From Patescibacteria group bacterium (GTDB taxonomy: Bacteria; Patescibacteriota; Microgenomatia; Levybacterales; UBA12049), in the NCBI GenBank assembly GCA_038064195.1, contig JBBTTO010000002.1, positions 539,722 to 603,721 of the forward strand: a stretch of 64,000 nt of DNA, in the 5' to 3' direction. Position 1 is the first letter of the stretch; each line of letters starts with the position of its first letter. Both the position numbers and the translations under genes were made by a program. The notes beneath the pieces were generated by a model, which saw nothing but the letters and a program-made list of their open reading frames with translations, had not been told where the DNA came from and ran no database searches. Shown one piece after another: positions 1-10,383 of the stretch.

Positions 1-1
1 T

Positions 2-1714
2 GAGTATCGTGGTTATGACTCATGGGGAATTGCTGTTCAACATAATAAGAAAATAAGTGTTGGCAAAAGAGTAGGCAAGATTAGCGACTTAACAAATGCA
101 GAGGAGCTTGATCTTCCAACTGGTACTATCGCAGTGGGTCATACGCGCTGGGCAACACATGGTGGTGTGACACAGGTCAATGCCCATCCCCATTTTTCGC
201 AGGACAAGTCCTTTGTTCTTGCCCAAAACGGTATTGTCCAAAACTTTGAAGAGTTGAAAGCGTTACTTGTGAAGAAAAAGTATCCTTTCAAGACCGAAAC
301 AGATACTGAAGTTATTGTTCGCCTGATTGAGGAAAAACTATTGTCTGAGAACAATCTTAAAGACGCAGTGAGAAGTGCTTTTTTGGAGCTTGAGGGTCGA
401 AATACAATTATTCTGTTGTCTGACAATAAAAATGAAATTATTGCAGCCAGAAACGGGTCACCACTTGTTATTGGGCTCAACACAAAAACGGGTGAGGTCT
501 TCTTCTCATCAGATACGCTCTCCTTTGCTCCCAGTGCAGATAAGATGATTGTTATTGAGAATGGTCAACTGGTGCACTTTTTAGACGGGGAGATTACCGT
601 TTTTGCTATTAAAACAGGTAAAAAGATTATTTTTGAGATTGAGGACATCAAGATTACGGACAATAAAGTTGATAAGGAAGGCTTTGCTCATTTTATGTTG
701 AAAGAAATCAATGAGCAGCCACTGGTTATTACCCAAGTCGCTAAGCAGGATAAAATAGCCTATCTTGAGTTTGCCAAAGCAATTAAACAGGCAAAAAATG
801 TCTATACCATAGGCTCTGGAACTACGGGTATAGCCGCCGCCCAAATTGCTTATTACTTGCGCAAATTCGGTAACATTAATGTTATAAGCCTTGTAGGTGC
901 AGATGCTCAAGAGTATATTCCTTTCTTTTCGTCTCAGGATCTTCTCATCGCTCCCTCCCAAAGCGGAGAGACTGCAGATGTTTTGGAAGTTTTAGAGGTA
1001 GCTAAACAAAAAGGAATAAAGATAGCGTCATACGTGAATATGGCAGGGTCAACAATGACACGTATGTCAGATTATCAGTTTATGGCTCAAGCTGGACCGG
1101 AAATTTGTGTGATGTCTACTAAAGTCTTCGTGTCCCAAATTAGCTGGGGGTACTTAGTAGCAAAAGCAGTTGCGGGAAAATATGGTGAAGGAAAGCATAA
1201 TTTAGAAGCATTAGCGAAGTCAACTGAAAGCTACCTTAGAGATAAAAAAACACATACGACGCTTAAAAAATTAGCTACAACACTCAAAGATGTTGACGAT
1301 ATTTTCCTCTTAGGGAAGGGACAGAATTTTCAGATTATGAGAGAGGGGATGGTAAAGCTTATTGAGGGAACATACAAGCACGCACACGCTATCCCAGCAG
1401 GCGATCTGAAACACTACGCTATCACTCTTATTGAAAAGAATGTTCCAGTCATCGTTGGTTCCTCACTGGACGAGTCTTTTCAAGACACCATGAACGCAGC
1501 CAGTGAGGTAAAAGCAAGAGGAGCTTATGTCATTGGGCTAAGTAGTAAAGCACATCAAAGTTTTGACTCATTTATTCAGATTCCCGAGACTGGTGAGACG
1601 AGTGCTATTATGCAGGTTGTTCCTTTGCAACTGTTGTCTTACTATCTGACAGTTCTCCTTGGTAATAACGTTGATAAACCAAGGAATATTGCTAAAAGTG
1701 TAACGGTTAAATAA
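2..1714 (+). CDS. glmS: Glutamine-fructose-6-phosphate aminotransferase, 5'-partial
   Basis: Frame open from position 2 (EYRGYDSWG); GHTRWATHG, NAHPH, SQSGETAD and C-terminal PRNIAKSVTVK motifs. Confidence 0.97.
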   Translation, partial: EYRGYDSWGIAVQHNKKISVGKRVGKISDLTNAEELDLPTGTIAVGHTRWATHGGVTQVNAHPHFSQDKSFVLAQNGIVQNFEELKALLVKKKYPFKTETDTEVIVRLIEEKLLSENNLKDAVRSAFLELEGRNTIILLSDNKNEIIAARNGSPLVIGLNTKTGEVFFSSDTLSFAPSADKMIVIENGQLVHFLDGEITVFAIKTGKKIIFEIEDIKITDNKVDKEGFAHFMLKEINEQPLVITQVAKQDKIAYLEFAKAIKQAKNVYTIGSGTTGIAAAQIAYYLRKFGNINVISLVGADAQEYIPFFSSQDLLIAPSQSGETADVLEVLEVAKQKGIKIASYVNMAGSTMTRMSDYQFMAQAGPEICVMSTKVFVSQISWGYLVAKAVAGKYGEGKHNLEALAKSTESYLRDKKTHTTLKKLATTLKDVDDIFLLGKGQNFQIMREGMVKLIEGTYKHAHAIPAGDLKHYAITLIEKNVPVIVGSSLDESFQDTMNAASEVKARGAYVIGLSSKAHQSFDSFIQIPETGETSAIMQVVPLQLLSYYLTVLLGNNVDKPRNIAKSVTVK

Positions 1715-1778
1715 TTCCCTGTTTTTTCATTCTTATTTGATTGCATCTCCTGCTCACTGCGGAGTATAATAAACATCT

Positions 1779-2792
1779 ATGGCAGCAATGCTTGGTCTGA
1801 CAATTTTATCTTTCTTTATAAGTATCATTTTATTTATTCCCTTTATCGATTTTCTTTATCGTGCCAGACTTCGCCGGCAACACCAGGAGACGCGTGACAT
1901 GTTCAATCAGCGCACGCCATTTTTTGACAAATTCAACAAATGGAAAGTCGGTACACCGGTAGGCGGGGGAATACTCATTATCATCGTCACTACCATTTTG
2001 ACTCTCTGGTCATATGGCATCCTCTCAATTCCTACCAAGGGGTGGGAACTCTTTGTTGTGTTCTTCGGATTTATCAGTTTTGGGCTTCTCGGACTCTACG
2101 ACGACTGGAAGAAATTAGCTGATCCTAAAAAGACTGCCAGTTTTTTCGGTCTCCGTTTTCGTCATAAATTCATTATTCAATGGGTGTTGGCACTCATTAT
2201 TGCTTCGGTATTTTATTATAAATTAGGTTATTCGTTTCTCTTTATTCACGGCCTGGGTCTCGTTGGAATCGGTATTTTCTTTATCCCCTTTGCCGCTTTT
2301 GTTATTGTTTCATTTGTGAATGCGGTCAATATTACCGATGGGCTTGACGGCCTGACTTCAGGGCTTCTGGTTATCTGTTTGGTAGGTTTTTTGGCAATTA
2401 ACTCTCAGCAAATTGATAAATCACTGGGAGTATTTATTTCGGTTTTGCTGGGTTCGGTTATGGCCTTTCTCTACTTTAATATCTATAAAGCCCGAATTTG
2501 GGTTGGGGATGTCGGAGCGCTTTCTTTGGGAGCGGCTCTGGCTATCATCGGACTTCTGACTGGTAAGACATTAACATTAGCTGTTATCGGTGGGGTATTT
2601 ATTATTGAGATAGCCTCCTCGCTTCTGCAGATTCTCAGTAAAAAAATTATGAAAAAGAAATTATTGCCTGCTGCCCCTTTCCATCTCTATCTTCAATTAC
2701 GCGGCTGGGATGAACCCAAGATTGTCATGCGGGCGTGGCTGGTCGGGATGCTTTTTGCTGTTCTCGGTGTTTATTTAGCCTTTGTTACCTGA
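1779..2792 (+). CDS. mraY: Phospho-N-acetylmuramoyl-pentapeptide transferase
   Basis: TPVGGG, LYDD, NAVNITDGLDGL and VGDVG motifs; polytopic membrane protein in dcw context. Confidence 0.95.
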   Translation: MAAMLGLTILSFFISIILFIPFIDFLYRARLRRQHQETRDMFNQRTPFFDKFNKWKVGTPVGGGILIIIVTTILTLWSYGILSIPTKGWELFVVFFGFISFGLLGLYDDWKKLADPKKTASFFGLRFRHKFIIQWVLALIIASVFYYKLGYSFLFIHGLGLVGIGIFFIPFAAFVIVSFVNAVNITDGLDGLTSGLLVICLVGFLAINSQQIDKSLGVFISVLLGSVMAFLYFNIYKARIWVGDVGALSLGAALAIIGLLTGKTLTLAVIGGVFIIEIASSLLQILSKKIMKKKLLPAAPFHLYLQLRGWDEPKIVMRAWLVGMLFAVLGVYLAFVT

Positions 2793-2849
2793 TTTTGCTC
2801 ATCCCTCGCAACAATTCCGCCTTTTAGATACAATATAGAAAGAGGTTCT

Positions 2850-3923
2850 ATGAAAAAACTGGATCTAATCCTTCTCTGCACTATTATCTTTTTGACCGTT
2901 TTCGGCTTATTCATGATTTATGACGCGTCATCGGTTATTGCCTTTCGGGATTTTGCTGATAAATATCATTACATTAAAGAACAATGTGTTAACGCGATTC
3001 TCGGGTTTGTGGCCTTAGGCTTTCTTACTTTTTTTGATTACAAACGTTTTTATAATTTAGCCTTGATTATTCTTATCGGGGCGATGGTGATGCTTATGGG
3101 TGTTTTTTTGCCGGGGATTGGCATCTACGCGCTCGGTGCCCATCGCTGGATTAACTTAGGCATTACCGTGTTTCAGCCCGCTGAATTCGTCAAACTCAGC
3201 CTGGCAATCTATCTGGCTGCCTGGTTTTCACGTAAAGAACGGGGGAGACTGCCGGCTTTTGTACTGCTTCTCGGTTTTGTTCTTTTGCTTATCCTTGCTC
3301 AGCCTGATATGGGAACGGCCTCGATTGTCCTTTTTGAAGCAATTGTCCTTTATTTTTTATCAGGGGCCAACATCATGCAATTTATCGTGATGTTGCCGGT
3401 TATCGGTCTTGGGGGATTGATTCTTATCTTACTTGCTCCTTATCGCTTAGCGCGTTTGACAACCTTTCTTCATTTAGGAGATGATTTAGGAGGTGCTTCC
3501 TATCATGTCAAGCAGATTTTGATCGCGCTTGGTTCGGGAGGTCTTTTTGGAGTGGGAGCCGGCAATTCATTACAGAAATTTGCTTATCTTCCCGAAAACG
3601 TTACCGACTCAATTTTTGCTATTATAGCTGAGGAGTTCGGTTTCTTAGGCTCAGTCGGGCTCATTGCCTTATTTATGATAGTTATGTGGAGAGGATTTGT
3701 TATTGCATCGCGGGCGCGTGATACTTTCGGCAGGCTTCTTGCTGCGGGTATTATTTGTTTTTTAGGAGTACAGGCGGTGGTAAATTTGGCAGCTATGACT
3801 GCGCTGATACCCTTAACCGGTGTTCCGTTACCGTTTATTTCGTATGGAGGCTCGGCTCTTCTTGTCGATTTAGCCGCGATCGGAATTTTACTGAATATAT
3901 CACGTCAGGGGCATAGCGTATGA
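2850..3923 (+). CDS. ftsW: SEDS peptidoglycan polymerase FtsW
   Basis: RWI, FQPAEFVK, QPDMG, TDSIFAIIAEEFG and GVPLPFISYGGS motifs; between mraY and murG. Confidence 0.93.
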   Translation: MKKLDLILLCTIIFLTVFGLFMIYDASSVIAFRDFADKYHYIKEQCVNAILGFVALGFLTFFDYKRFYNLALIILIGAMVMLMGVFLPGIGIYALGAHRWINLGITVFQPAEFVKLSLAIYLAAWFSRKERGRLPAFVLLLGFVLLLILAQPDMGTASIVLFEAIVLYFLSGANIMQFIVMLPVIGLGGLILILLAPYRLARLTTFLHLGDDLGGASYHVKQILIALGSGGLFGVGAGNSLQKFAYLPENVTDSIFAIIAEEFGFLGSVGLIALFMIVMWRGFVIASRARDTFGRLLAAGIICFLGVQAVVNLAAMTALIPLTGVPLPFISYGGSALLVDLAAIGILLNISRQGHSV

Positions 3924-5041
3924 AAATAATGATAGTCGGCGGGCATGTATCACCTGCATTAGCGGTTATTGACTCTTTACCTGAGGCGTGGGAGGTTGTC
4001 TTTATCGGACGCAAGTATGCCTTTGAAGGCGATACGGCTCTTTCTCTTGAGTATCAGGAAATCCACAAAAGAAGTATTCCCTTTCTGCCTTTAACCACCG
4101 CTCGTGTCCAGCGTTCATTATCCAAACATACTTTGCCGTCTTTTGCTAAATTTCCCTATGGATTTTATCAGGCGGTTGCCTATTTGCGCAAAGAAAAACC
4201 TGATGTAGTCCTTTCCTTCGGCGGGTATCTCTCCGTTCCGGTGGGATACGCGGCCAAAATACTCTCAATTCCTCTTGTGATCCATGAACAGACATTGGAA
4301 GCGGGGCTCGCTAACAAGCTTTTAGGAAAAGTTGCGACCAGAATTTGTATTTCATGGCAGCCGTCTGAAAAATTTTTCCCCAAAAATAAAGTTATCCTGA
4401 CCGGCAATCCGGTCAAACGTTTTGCGACAAGTGAGTTGCCGTTTAGTTTTAAGGACAAGAAATTACCTCTTTTGTATATTACAGGCGGAAGTACGGGTTC
4501 GCATGCTATTAACAAGCTCGTCTCAGACACGCTAACTGATCTTCTCACCATTTTCAGAGTTATTCACCAGACAGGCGATGCATCGCCTCATCATGATTTT
4601 GATAAGCTTGCTAACAAACGGGGAAAATTTCCTGAGGAGATAGGGGACAGATACAAAATTGAAAAGTTTATTTCCCCTGCTGTGATTGGTTCGATTATGC
4701 GGGAAGCAACACTTGTCGTCAGCAGGTCCGGGATTAATACTATTTCTGAGCTTCTTTACTTCGGCAAACCCGCCCTCCTCATCCCGCTTCCCTCAGGGCA
4801 GCACAACGAGCAGCTTAAAAATGCACGCTTTCTTAAAGAGGTCGGTTTGGCAGAGATTCTACCTCAGGAAAACGCGACAGGTGAGAAGCTGGTTGCCGGT
4901 CTTCAAAAAATGCTGATCAGACGTCAGGCTTACGCGGCTCGAGCAGCGTACGCTCAACAACTGATTCACTCCGATGCGGCTGAAAATATTATCAAAACAA
5001 TCACCTATGTGGTCAGGAAAACGGGTTCTCAAGAAAAATAA
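3920..5041 (+). CDS. murG: MurG GT28 N-acetylglucosaminyltransferase
   Basis: GGH, FGGY, HEQ, TGNP, GGSTG, SRSG and EQLKNA motifs. Confidence 0.95.
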   Translation: MKIMIVGGHVSPALAVIDSLPEAWEVVFIGRKYAFEGDTALSLEYQEIHKRSIPFLPLTTARVQRSLSKHTLPSFAKFPYGFYQAVAYLRKEKPDVVLSFGGYLSVPVGYAAKILSIPLVIHEQTLEAGLANKLLGKVATRICISWQPSEKFFPKNKVILTGNPVKRFATSELPFSFKDKKLPLLYITGGSTGSHAINKLVSDTLTDLLTIFRVIHQTGDASPHHDFDKLANKRGKFPEEIGDRYKIEKFISPAVIGSIMREATLVVSRSGINTISELLYFGKPALLIPLPSGQHNEQLKNARFLKEVGLAEILPQENATGEKLVAGLQKMLIRRQAYAARAAYAQQLIHSDAAENIIKTITYVVRKTGSQEK

Positions 5042-5441
5042 AAAAAACCTTACCAAAAAACGCATTCTTTTTATAAGCGTTCTGTCAGGGCTTGCGGGTC
5101 TGATTTTGGTGGTGACCGGATTGATAGTTATGCGGCATGAGCCTGCTTTTATCAGCCCGCTCCCGTTTCTGAAATTCCGTACGGAGGCCAGTGATCAAAG
5201 TAAGGCCATAACAAAGATGCTTGAGGAAAAAGGAATCCATCCTCAACAAGTCGTCTCGGCAGGGGGATCAATTTATAAAATTGAATTATCAGACCAAAGC
5301 ACCGTCTACATTAACGGCGCTAAGGATCTCCCTGAGCAAATATCCTCTTTACAAAGAATCGCTTCACGGCTTACAATGGAAGGAAAGAAATTTTTAAGGC
5401 TTGATTTGCGTTACGCCAAGCCTGTTATTGTATTGAAATGA
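5007..5441 (+). CDS. Short FtsQ/DivIB-like cell division protein
   Basis: Basic N-terminus, one TM helix and C-terminal LDLRY motif; immediately before ftsA. Start may be 4974. Confidence 0.7.
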   Translation: MWSGKRVLKKNKKNLTKKRILFISVLSGLAGLILVVTGLIVMRHEPAFISPLPFLKFRTEASDQSKAITKMLEEKGIHPQQVVSAGGSIYKIELSDQSTVYINGAKDLPEQISSLQRIASRLTMEGKKFLRLDLRYAKPVIVLK

Positions 5442-6739
5442 AGAATACTATAAATGAGGGTAAAATTGTTGTCGGTATCGACGTCGGAAGTTATAAAATA
5501 GTCACCCTTATTGCTAAAGTTGATGAATTCGTTAACATCCTCGGAGTCTCTGAAGTCAAATCAGCCGGTATTAAAAAAGGGCAAATTGTTGACATCGAAG
5601 AATCAGTCAACGCGATCAATGCCTCACTTGAAGCGGCAGAGCGTATGGCAGGCTATACCGTCTCACATGTTTTTGCCTCAATTGGAGGAAGTCAGATTGA
5701 AAGCCAGAACTCACGAGGTGTTGTCGCGGTATCGACTCCTCAGGGCGAGATTTCGTCCCAGGATCTGAGCCGGGTGATTGACGCGGCTAAAGCAATCTCT
5801 TTGCCTTCAACGAGAGAAATTATTCATGTTCTTCCCCGCAATTACACGGTTGACGGACAGGAAGGGATTAAAGATCCGATCAGCATGTCGGGTGTCCGTC
5901 TTGAGGTCGACACTCACATCATTACAGCCAATAGTATCGCTGTCCGCAACCTGGACCGTGCCTTCTCAGAAGTCGGAGTTGATGTTAATTCATTTGTTTT
6001 TAACGGGTATGCCAGTTCACTTGCGGTCCTCTCAGATACCGAGCGGGAGCTGGGAGTAGTCCTTGTTGACATCGGGGCGGGGACGACCGATATTTCAATC
6101 TATACTGAAGGGTCGGTTGCTTATTCTTCAGTTTTGGCAATCGGTGCCCGTCATATCACCAATGATCTGGCAATTGGTCTTCGAATTTCTTTGGAAAGTG
6201 CCGAAAAGATCAAACTCTTCCTTTCCCAACAAGCCCTCAAGAGGGTCCTTCGTCCCGATGATGAGGAAAAAGCTAGGGAGGCTAAAATTTCAGACGAGAT
6301 AGACCTCTCATCCCTTAACTTACCTGAGGAAGTCCGCAAGGTTTCATACAAAACACTTGTTGATGGGATTATCCGTCCGCGAATGAATGAAATTTTTACC
6401 ATGGTCGGAATTGAAATCAAAAAAAGTGGCTATGGTGGCCAGACACCGGCGGGACTTGTCATAACAGGAGGAGGAGCGATGACTGTGGGTATGAAAGACG
6501 CGGCCAAGAGGATGCTTGCCATGCCTGTGCGTACCGGTATGCCGACAGATTTGAAAGGAATAGTCGATGAAGTACAAAATCCTGCCTACGCGAGTGCGGT
6601 GGGGCTGCTTCTTTATGGAGCCAAAAACGATACCGGTAAATCTTCATCCGGCTTTGGAATGTCTTTCCCTAAAATGCCGGGCAGCTCGGGTAAGACGATG
6701 AGAAAGATTATCGATCTGATCAAATCATTCATCCCCTGA
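5438..6739 (+). CDS. ftsA: Cell division protein FtsA
   Basis: GIDVGSYK, VDIGAGTT, AEKIK and VITGGG actin-fold motifs. Confidence 0.97.
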   Translation: MKNTINEGKIVVGIDVGSYKIVTLIAKVDEFVNILGVSEVKSAGIKKGQIVDIEESVNAINASLEAAERMAGYTVSHVFASIGGSQIESQNSRGVVAVSTPQGEISSQDLSRVIDAAKAISLPSTREIIHVLPRNYTVDGQEGIKDPISMSGVRLEVDTHIITANSIAVRNLDRAFSEVGVDVNSFVFNGYASSLAVLSDTERELGVVLVDIGAGTTDISIYTEGSVAYSSVLAIGARHITNDLAIGLRISLESAEKIKLFLSQQALKRVLRPDDEEKAREAKISDEIDLSSLNLPEEVRKVSYKTLVDGIIRPRMNEIFTMVGIEIKKSGYGGQTPAGLVITGGGAMTVGMKDAAKRMLAMPVRTGMPTDLKGIVDEVQNPAYASAVGLLLYGAKNDTGKSSSGFGMSFPKMPGSSGKTMRKIIDLIKSFIP

Positions 6740-6789
6740 CGCCGTGTTGCTTGCAAATACTATAATCTTCTGCTAGGATTTACCCACGT

Positions 6790-7968
6790 ATGCTTATACG
6801 TCCTCAGACGTCAAATTTCGCCAAAATCCGTGTCATTGGAGTTGGTGGTGGAGGCGGAAATGCCGTCACTTCGATGATCACCCATAACAACATTCAAGGT
6901 GTTGATTTTGTCTCAATCAATACTGACGCCCAGGCTCTCCTTCGTAACCCCGCCATGACCAAGGTCCAAATCGGTGAAAACCTCACCAAAGGTTTGGGTT
7001 CAGGTGGAGATCCTGAGATAGGTCGTCAGGCTGCTGAGGAGTCGGCTGAGAAGATCAAAGATATGCTGGAGGGATCAGACATGGTCTTTTTGACAGCCGG
7101 GATGGGCGGAGGATCAGGTACAGGGGCCACATCTATTATTGCCAAAATTGCCAAAGAGGTAGGAGCTCTGACTGTCGCAGTTGTTACCAAGCCGTTCTCT
7201 TTTGAAGGCACTCGACGCATGGTCGCGGCTGAGGAGGGAATTGAAAGTCTTAAAGATAAAGTAGATACACTCATTGTTATCCCCAACCAGCGCATCATGG
7301 ATGTCGTTGACCGCAAGCTCTCACTTCTTGAGGCCTTCAAAGTTGCGGATTCTGTTCTCTCCCAGGGAGTCCAGGGTATCTCTGAAATCATTACGCTTCC
7401 CGGGTTAATCAATGTTGATTTTGCCGATATTCGGACCATTATGTCTAACGCCGGCTCGGCGCTCATGGGTATTGGGACGGGGATAGGCGAGAACAGGGCG
7501 CAAGCTGCCGCCAGAGCGGCCATTGCTTCACCTCTTTTGGAGGTAACGATGGATGGTGCTCGGGGAGTACTGTTCAATATAGTTGGCGGTAACGACCTGA
7601 CAATGACTGAGGTCGATGAAGCAGCCAAGATCATCTCAACCTCAGCCGACCCCGATGCCAACATTATTTTCGGCGCGACCATCGATGAATCGATGCATGA
7701 TCAGATCCGTATTACTGTAGTCGCAACTGGTTTTGATCAGACCAAGCAACGCCTGCAGCAGTTCGTCGCACCCCATTATGCGCCGCAAAAGCCTGTCAGT
7801 GAATACAACCCGCTTGTTGTGAACAGCGGCACGATGAGTAGTAACGGATCGGGTATTACCCGGGAGGAAGAGAGAATAGAGCCTGAGCCTCAGTCATCTG
7901 AGCCAGCACCCAAAGAATCAGATGAAGATAAATGGGACATCCCTGCATTCCTCAGGCAGAGAAATTGA
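6790..7968 (+). CDS. ftsZ: Cell division protein FtsZ
   Basis: [25 protein letters not shown] and C-terminal DIPAFLR motifs. Confidence 0.99.
   Translation: MLIRPQTSNFAKIRVIGVGGGGGNAVTSMITHNNIQGVDFVSINTDAQALLRNPAMTKVQIGENLTKGLGSGGDPEIGRQAAEESAEKIKDMLEGSDMVFLTAGMGGGSGTGATSIIAKIAKEVGALTVAVVTKPFSFEGTRRMVAAEEGIESLKDKVDTLIVIPNQRIMDVVDRKLSLLEAFKVADSVLSQGVQGISEIITLPGLINVDFADIRTIMSNAGSALMGIGTGIGENRAQAAARAAIASPLLEVTMDGARGVLFNIVGGNDLTMTEVDEAAKIISTSADPDANIIFGATIDESMHDQIRITVVATGFDQTKQRLQQFVAPHYAPQKPVSEYNPLVVNSGTMSSNGSGITREEERIEPEPQSSEPAPKESDEDKWDIPAFLRQRN
7939..7968 (+). repeat. ftsZ 3'-end core, copy 1 (attL-like)
   Basis: ATCCCTGCATTCCTCAGGCAGAGAAATT is repeated exactly (28 bp) at 9715-9742. Confidence 0.9.
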
Positions 7969-8068
7969 CTTTCAGTTTTCATATTGCCTCCCTATTAACC
8001 CGCGGCTAAACGATTAGCAAGAGCATAAAACATATCGAATCATCTCATCCTTTTGATATACTGCAGTA

Positions 8069-8725
8069 GTGAATGAATATTTTAATACAGAAGTTGTAAC
8101 CTCCACCTTACGAAAGATGGTAGATGTTCTTGAAGAAAACAATATCGAATATCGTTTTTTAGGTTCTGTTGTTATTGCTGCTATTAATGGTCGTTTACAT
8201 CGAAATTTGGGGGATTTAGACTTCGTGATTGATTCTGAGGGGCGGGAGGTATTATATAAACACCTAAAACATTTCGGATTTAAACCCGCTCCTGGAATGT
8301 TTGCATTTGCTCGTAAATACCTGTGCTTAGAGCAGTTTACTCATGATGACTTTCTTGGGGTAGGGTACTTTTATGGGAAGTTTCAGCAAGATGGCTCATT
8401 CATTATGGGTAATAAGCAGTCGAATGTAAGAGTAGATGCTTTTGCACTAGAAAAGACGAAGTATACTCTTGGTGGGGTAAGTTTTATGGGTATTCCTCAA
8501 AGAGCAGCTGCTGCAGGTGTAAAAGAATCTGAATCAAACCCAAAGAGAAAATTTGAGAAGAAGATTCTAAAAGAGAAGGGCATAGAACCTTTCAAGAACA
8601 ATTACATTCACGTAACTATCTATGGAATAAATGCAGATTGGGTATACCATTTGTCTATGGCAATTCTTAATGTTATAGGAGCAGTAAGAGTAAAATTTGG
8701 TTTGGCATTTGACCCCTGGAGATAG
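8069..8725 (+). CDS. Nucleotidyltransferase-fold protein (Lnu/ANT(2'')-like)
   Basis: FLGS...RNLGDLDFVID Pol-beta-type motif; TATACT 6 nt before the GTG start. Confidence 0.6.
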   Translation: MNEYFNTEVVTSTLRKMVDVLEENNIEYRFLGSVVIAAINGRLHRNLGDLDFVIDSEGREVLYKHLKHFGFKPAPGMFAFARKYLCLEQFTHDDFLGVGYFYGKFQQDGSFIMGNKQSNVRVDAFALEKTKYTLGGVSFMGIPQRAAAAGVKESESNPKRKFEKKILKEKGIEPFKNNYIHVTIYGINADWVYHLSMAILNVIGAVRVKFGLAFDPWR

Positions 8726-8743
8726 ATGTAAATAACCTCACCT

Positions 8744-8772
8744 ATGTCGCATTTTCCACTATTGTGCGACGT
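8744..8772. other. Imperfect palindrome resembling a tyrosine-recombinase site
   Basis: ATGTCGCATTT-TCCACTA-TTGTGCGACGT; ATTGTGCGACGT recurs at 38380-38391. Confidence 0.45.
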
Positions 8773-8839
8773 AATAATAAAATTTGACAAATCAAGAATT
8801 TTAACGTATGCTTACCTGAACATAAAGAAGAAAGCTTAG

Positions 8840-9589
8840 ATGAAAGATTACCCATTTAAAACACAAGAGGAAGCAATTAAATATATACAAAAACTATTCA
8901 GACGAATAGGCACTACTCCAGGAGAGAAAGTTTTTTACAAAGAAAGTGGCATGAAATTATACCCACTTCAAAAACTTGGCTTCTCCAATTATGGTCAATT
9001 AGTAAGGGAAGCAGAATTGCCTCCTAATAAGTTTGATAAAACTAAATATACCGAGGATTTTTTAATTAAAGAATTTATAAAAATGATTAGAAAGAATAAA
9101 AAATGGCCTACAAAAGCTGAATTGGATATTAAACACTTTAATGATCCAAATTTTCCTACCTCAGCAACATTCTATAAAAAATTTGGCTTAGTTAAGGGTA
9201 TGGCTGAAAATATCTTAGATTATACCTATGGGAAAAAAGGTTATAAAGACGTGAGAGACATATGCAATGAGATACTCATGAAATATGATAATTCAATGTC
9301 AAATGAAGAAGGAGATTCAAGAAGTGGTTATGTTTATATCCTTAAAAACGGAGGTCGACAAGAATATAAAATCGGGATTAGCGATAGTATACCCAAAAGA
9401 GGAATGCAATTGTCAACATTATCTCCTGAAAATTTAGAATTAATACATTCCATAAAGGCAACTAGTCCTAAAGCTGTTGAAAGATTTCTTCATGACAAAT
9501 TTAATAGCAAAAGAATACAAGGAGAATGGTTTAATCTATCAACGTCCGACATAAAATGGATTAAGAAATGGAACGGAAATGTTCTATAG
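8840..9589 (+). CDS. GIY-YIG (T5orf172/MUG113-like) nuclease-domain protein with N-terminal homing-endonuclease-associated-type repeat
   Basis: GYVYILK...YKIGIS...R...E..LH..F...RIQGEWF motif. Confidence 0.8.
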   Translation: MKDYPFKTQEEAIKYIQKLFRRIGTTPGEKVFYKESGMKLYPLQKLGFSNYGQLVREAELPPNKFDKTKYTEDFLIKEFIKMIRKNKKWPTKAELDIKHFNDPNFPTSATFYKKFGLVKGMAENILDYTYGKKGYKDVRDICNEILMKYDNSMSNEEGDSRSGYVYILKNGGRQEYKIGISDSIPKRGMQLSTLSPENLELIHSIKATSPKAVERFLHDKFNSKRIQGEWFNLSTSDIKWIKKWNGNVL

Positions 9590-9608
9590 TCCCATACATA
9601 ATTGATCA

Positions 9609-9744
9609 TTGACCTTTCAACTAAAACATCGTAATTTTCCTTAGGTTTTTTTAGTCCATTCGGCAGGCTCAGGATAAATAAGAATTGAAGCTAAAATGAC
9701 TGGATGTCTATAAAATCCCTGCATTCCTCAGGCAGAGAAATTAA
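9609..9744 (+). repeat. Arm + ftsZ-tail core, copy 2 (attR-like; core 9715-9744)
   Basis: Core encodes IPAFLRQRN* with no in-frame start; GCTAAAA lies 18 nt before the core, as in the copy at 41987. Confidence 0.85.
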
Positions 9745-10016
9745 TCTAAAAAATTCCTTACGTAGTTTTTGCAAAGAATGCTATACATAAGCGCGTCTTC
9801 TGCTTTTTTATCAATATCAGAATTAGAAAGAACATTTGGAATGTTATCTAAAATTTTTGCGAAATAAGGTTTGACTTTAGATCTGTTTACCTCCGTAATC
9901 CTTTTCAAAGATTCTTCAGAAAAACGTTCTGCCATCTTTATTGATCTCCTGTGATACCCTATAGCAACACGCATAAGATCCATAGATAGTGATTCTATAG
10001 CTATTTTATTATTCAT
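9741..10016 (-). CDS. Hypothetical helical protein
   Basis: 91-aa ORF coupled to the upstream ORF; its stop codon overlaps repeat copy 2. Confidence 0.7.
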   Translation of the reverse strand: MNNKIAIESLSMDLMRVAIGYHRRSIKMAERFSEESLKRITEVNRSKVKPYFAKILDNIPNVLSNSDIDKKAEDALMYSILCKNYVRNFLD

Positions 10017-10228
10017 AATATTTCCTGAAAGAAGAATCGGGTTAATGCATCATATCGTTTTCTAATTTCAGGATCAAGAATCTCATTTCCAGCGTTATTA
10101 TCTGTGGGTCTGATGTTAATAAAGGAATTGAAGTCAATATCTATTACTGTTTTGATGTACGAATCGAACTGTTCTTTTAGATTTTCAATTTCTTTTTTTG
10201 AATAAGGTTCAGCTTTAGTAATAATCAC
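10013..10228 (-). pseudogene. DUF5674-like protein with apparent in-frame internal deletion
   Basis: N-terminal YIKTVIDI is joined directly to C-terminal FNSFINIRP...EILDPEIR. Confidence 0.5.
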
Positions 10229-10383
10229 TCAGATAGTTTAGCATATTATCCTCGTAATTTTAAAAATGATTATGAGTAAAGTACTCTACCACAAATTCAA
10301 TCCTGCGCGACATGGATGAGCTAATAACGTTGAGTTATTGAATTATTACCCCAGCCACTATATAATTGCCGAAAAGAACATAT

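Larger units (their letters stand above)
7939..9744. mobile_element. ~1.8-kb integrase-less insert at the ftsZ 3' end, bounded by direct repeats
   Basis: 28-bp direct repeat of the ftsZ end flanks two AT-rich accessory genes; no recombinase gene inside. Confidence 0.7.

Noticed and set aside
7026-7682. Long antisense and alternative-frame ORFs over ftsZ, copA, ileS, parB and others
   Set aside because: They are shadows of well-supported genes and show no recognisable motifs.
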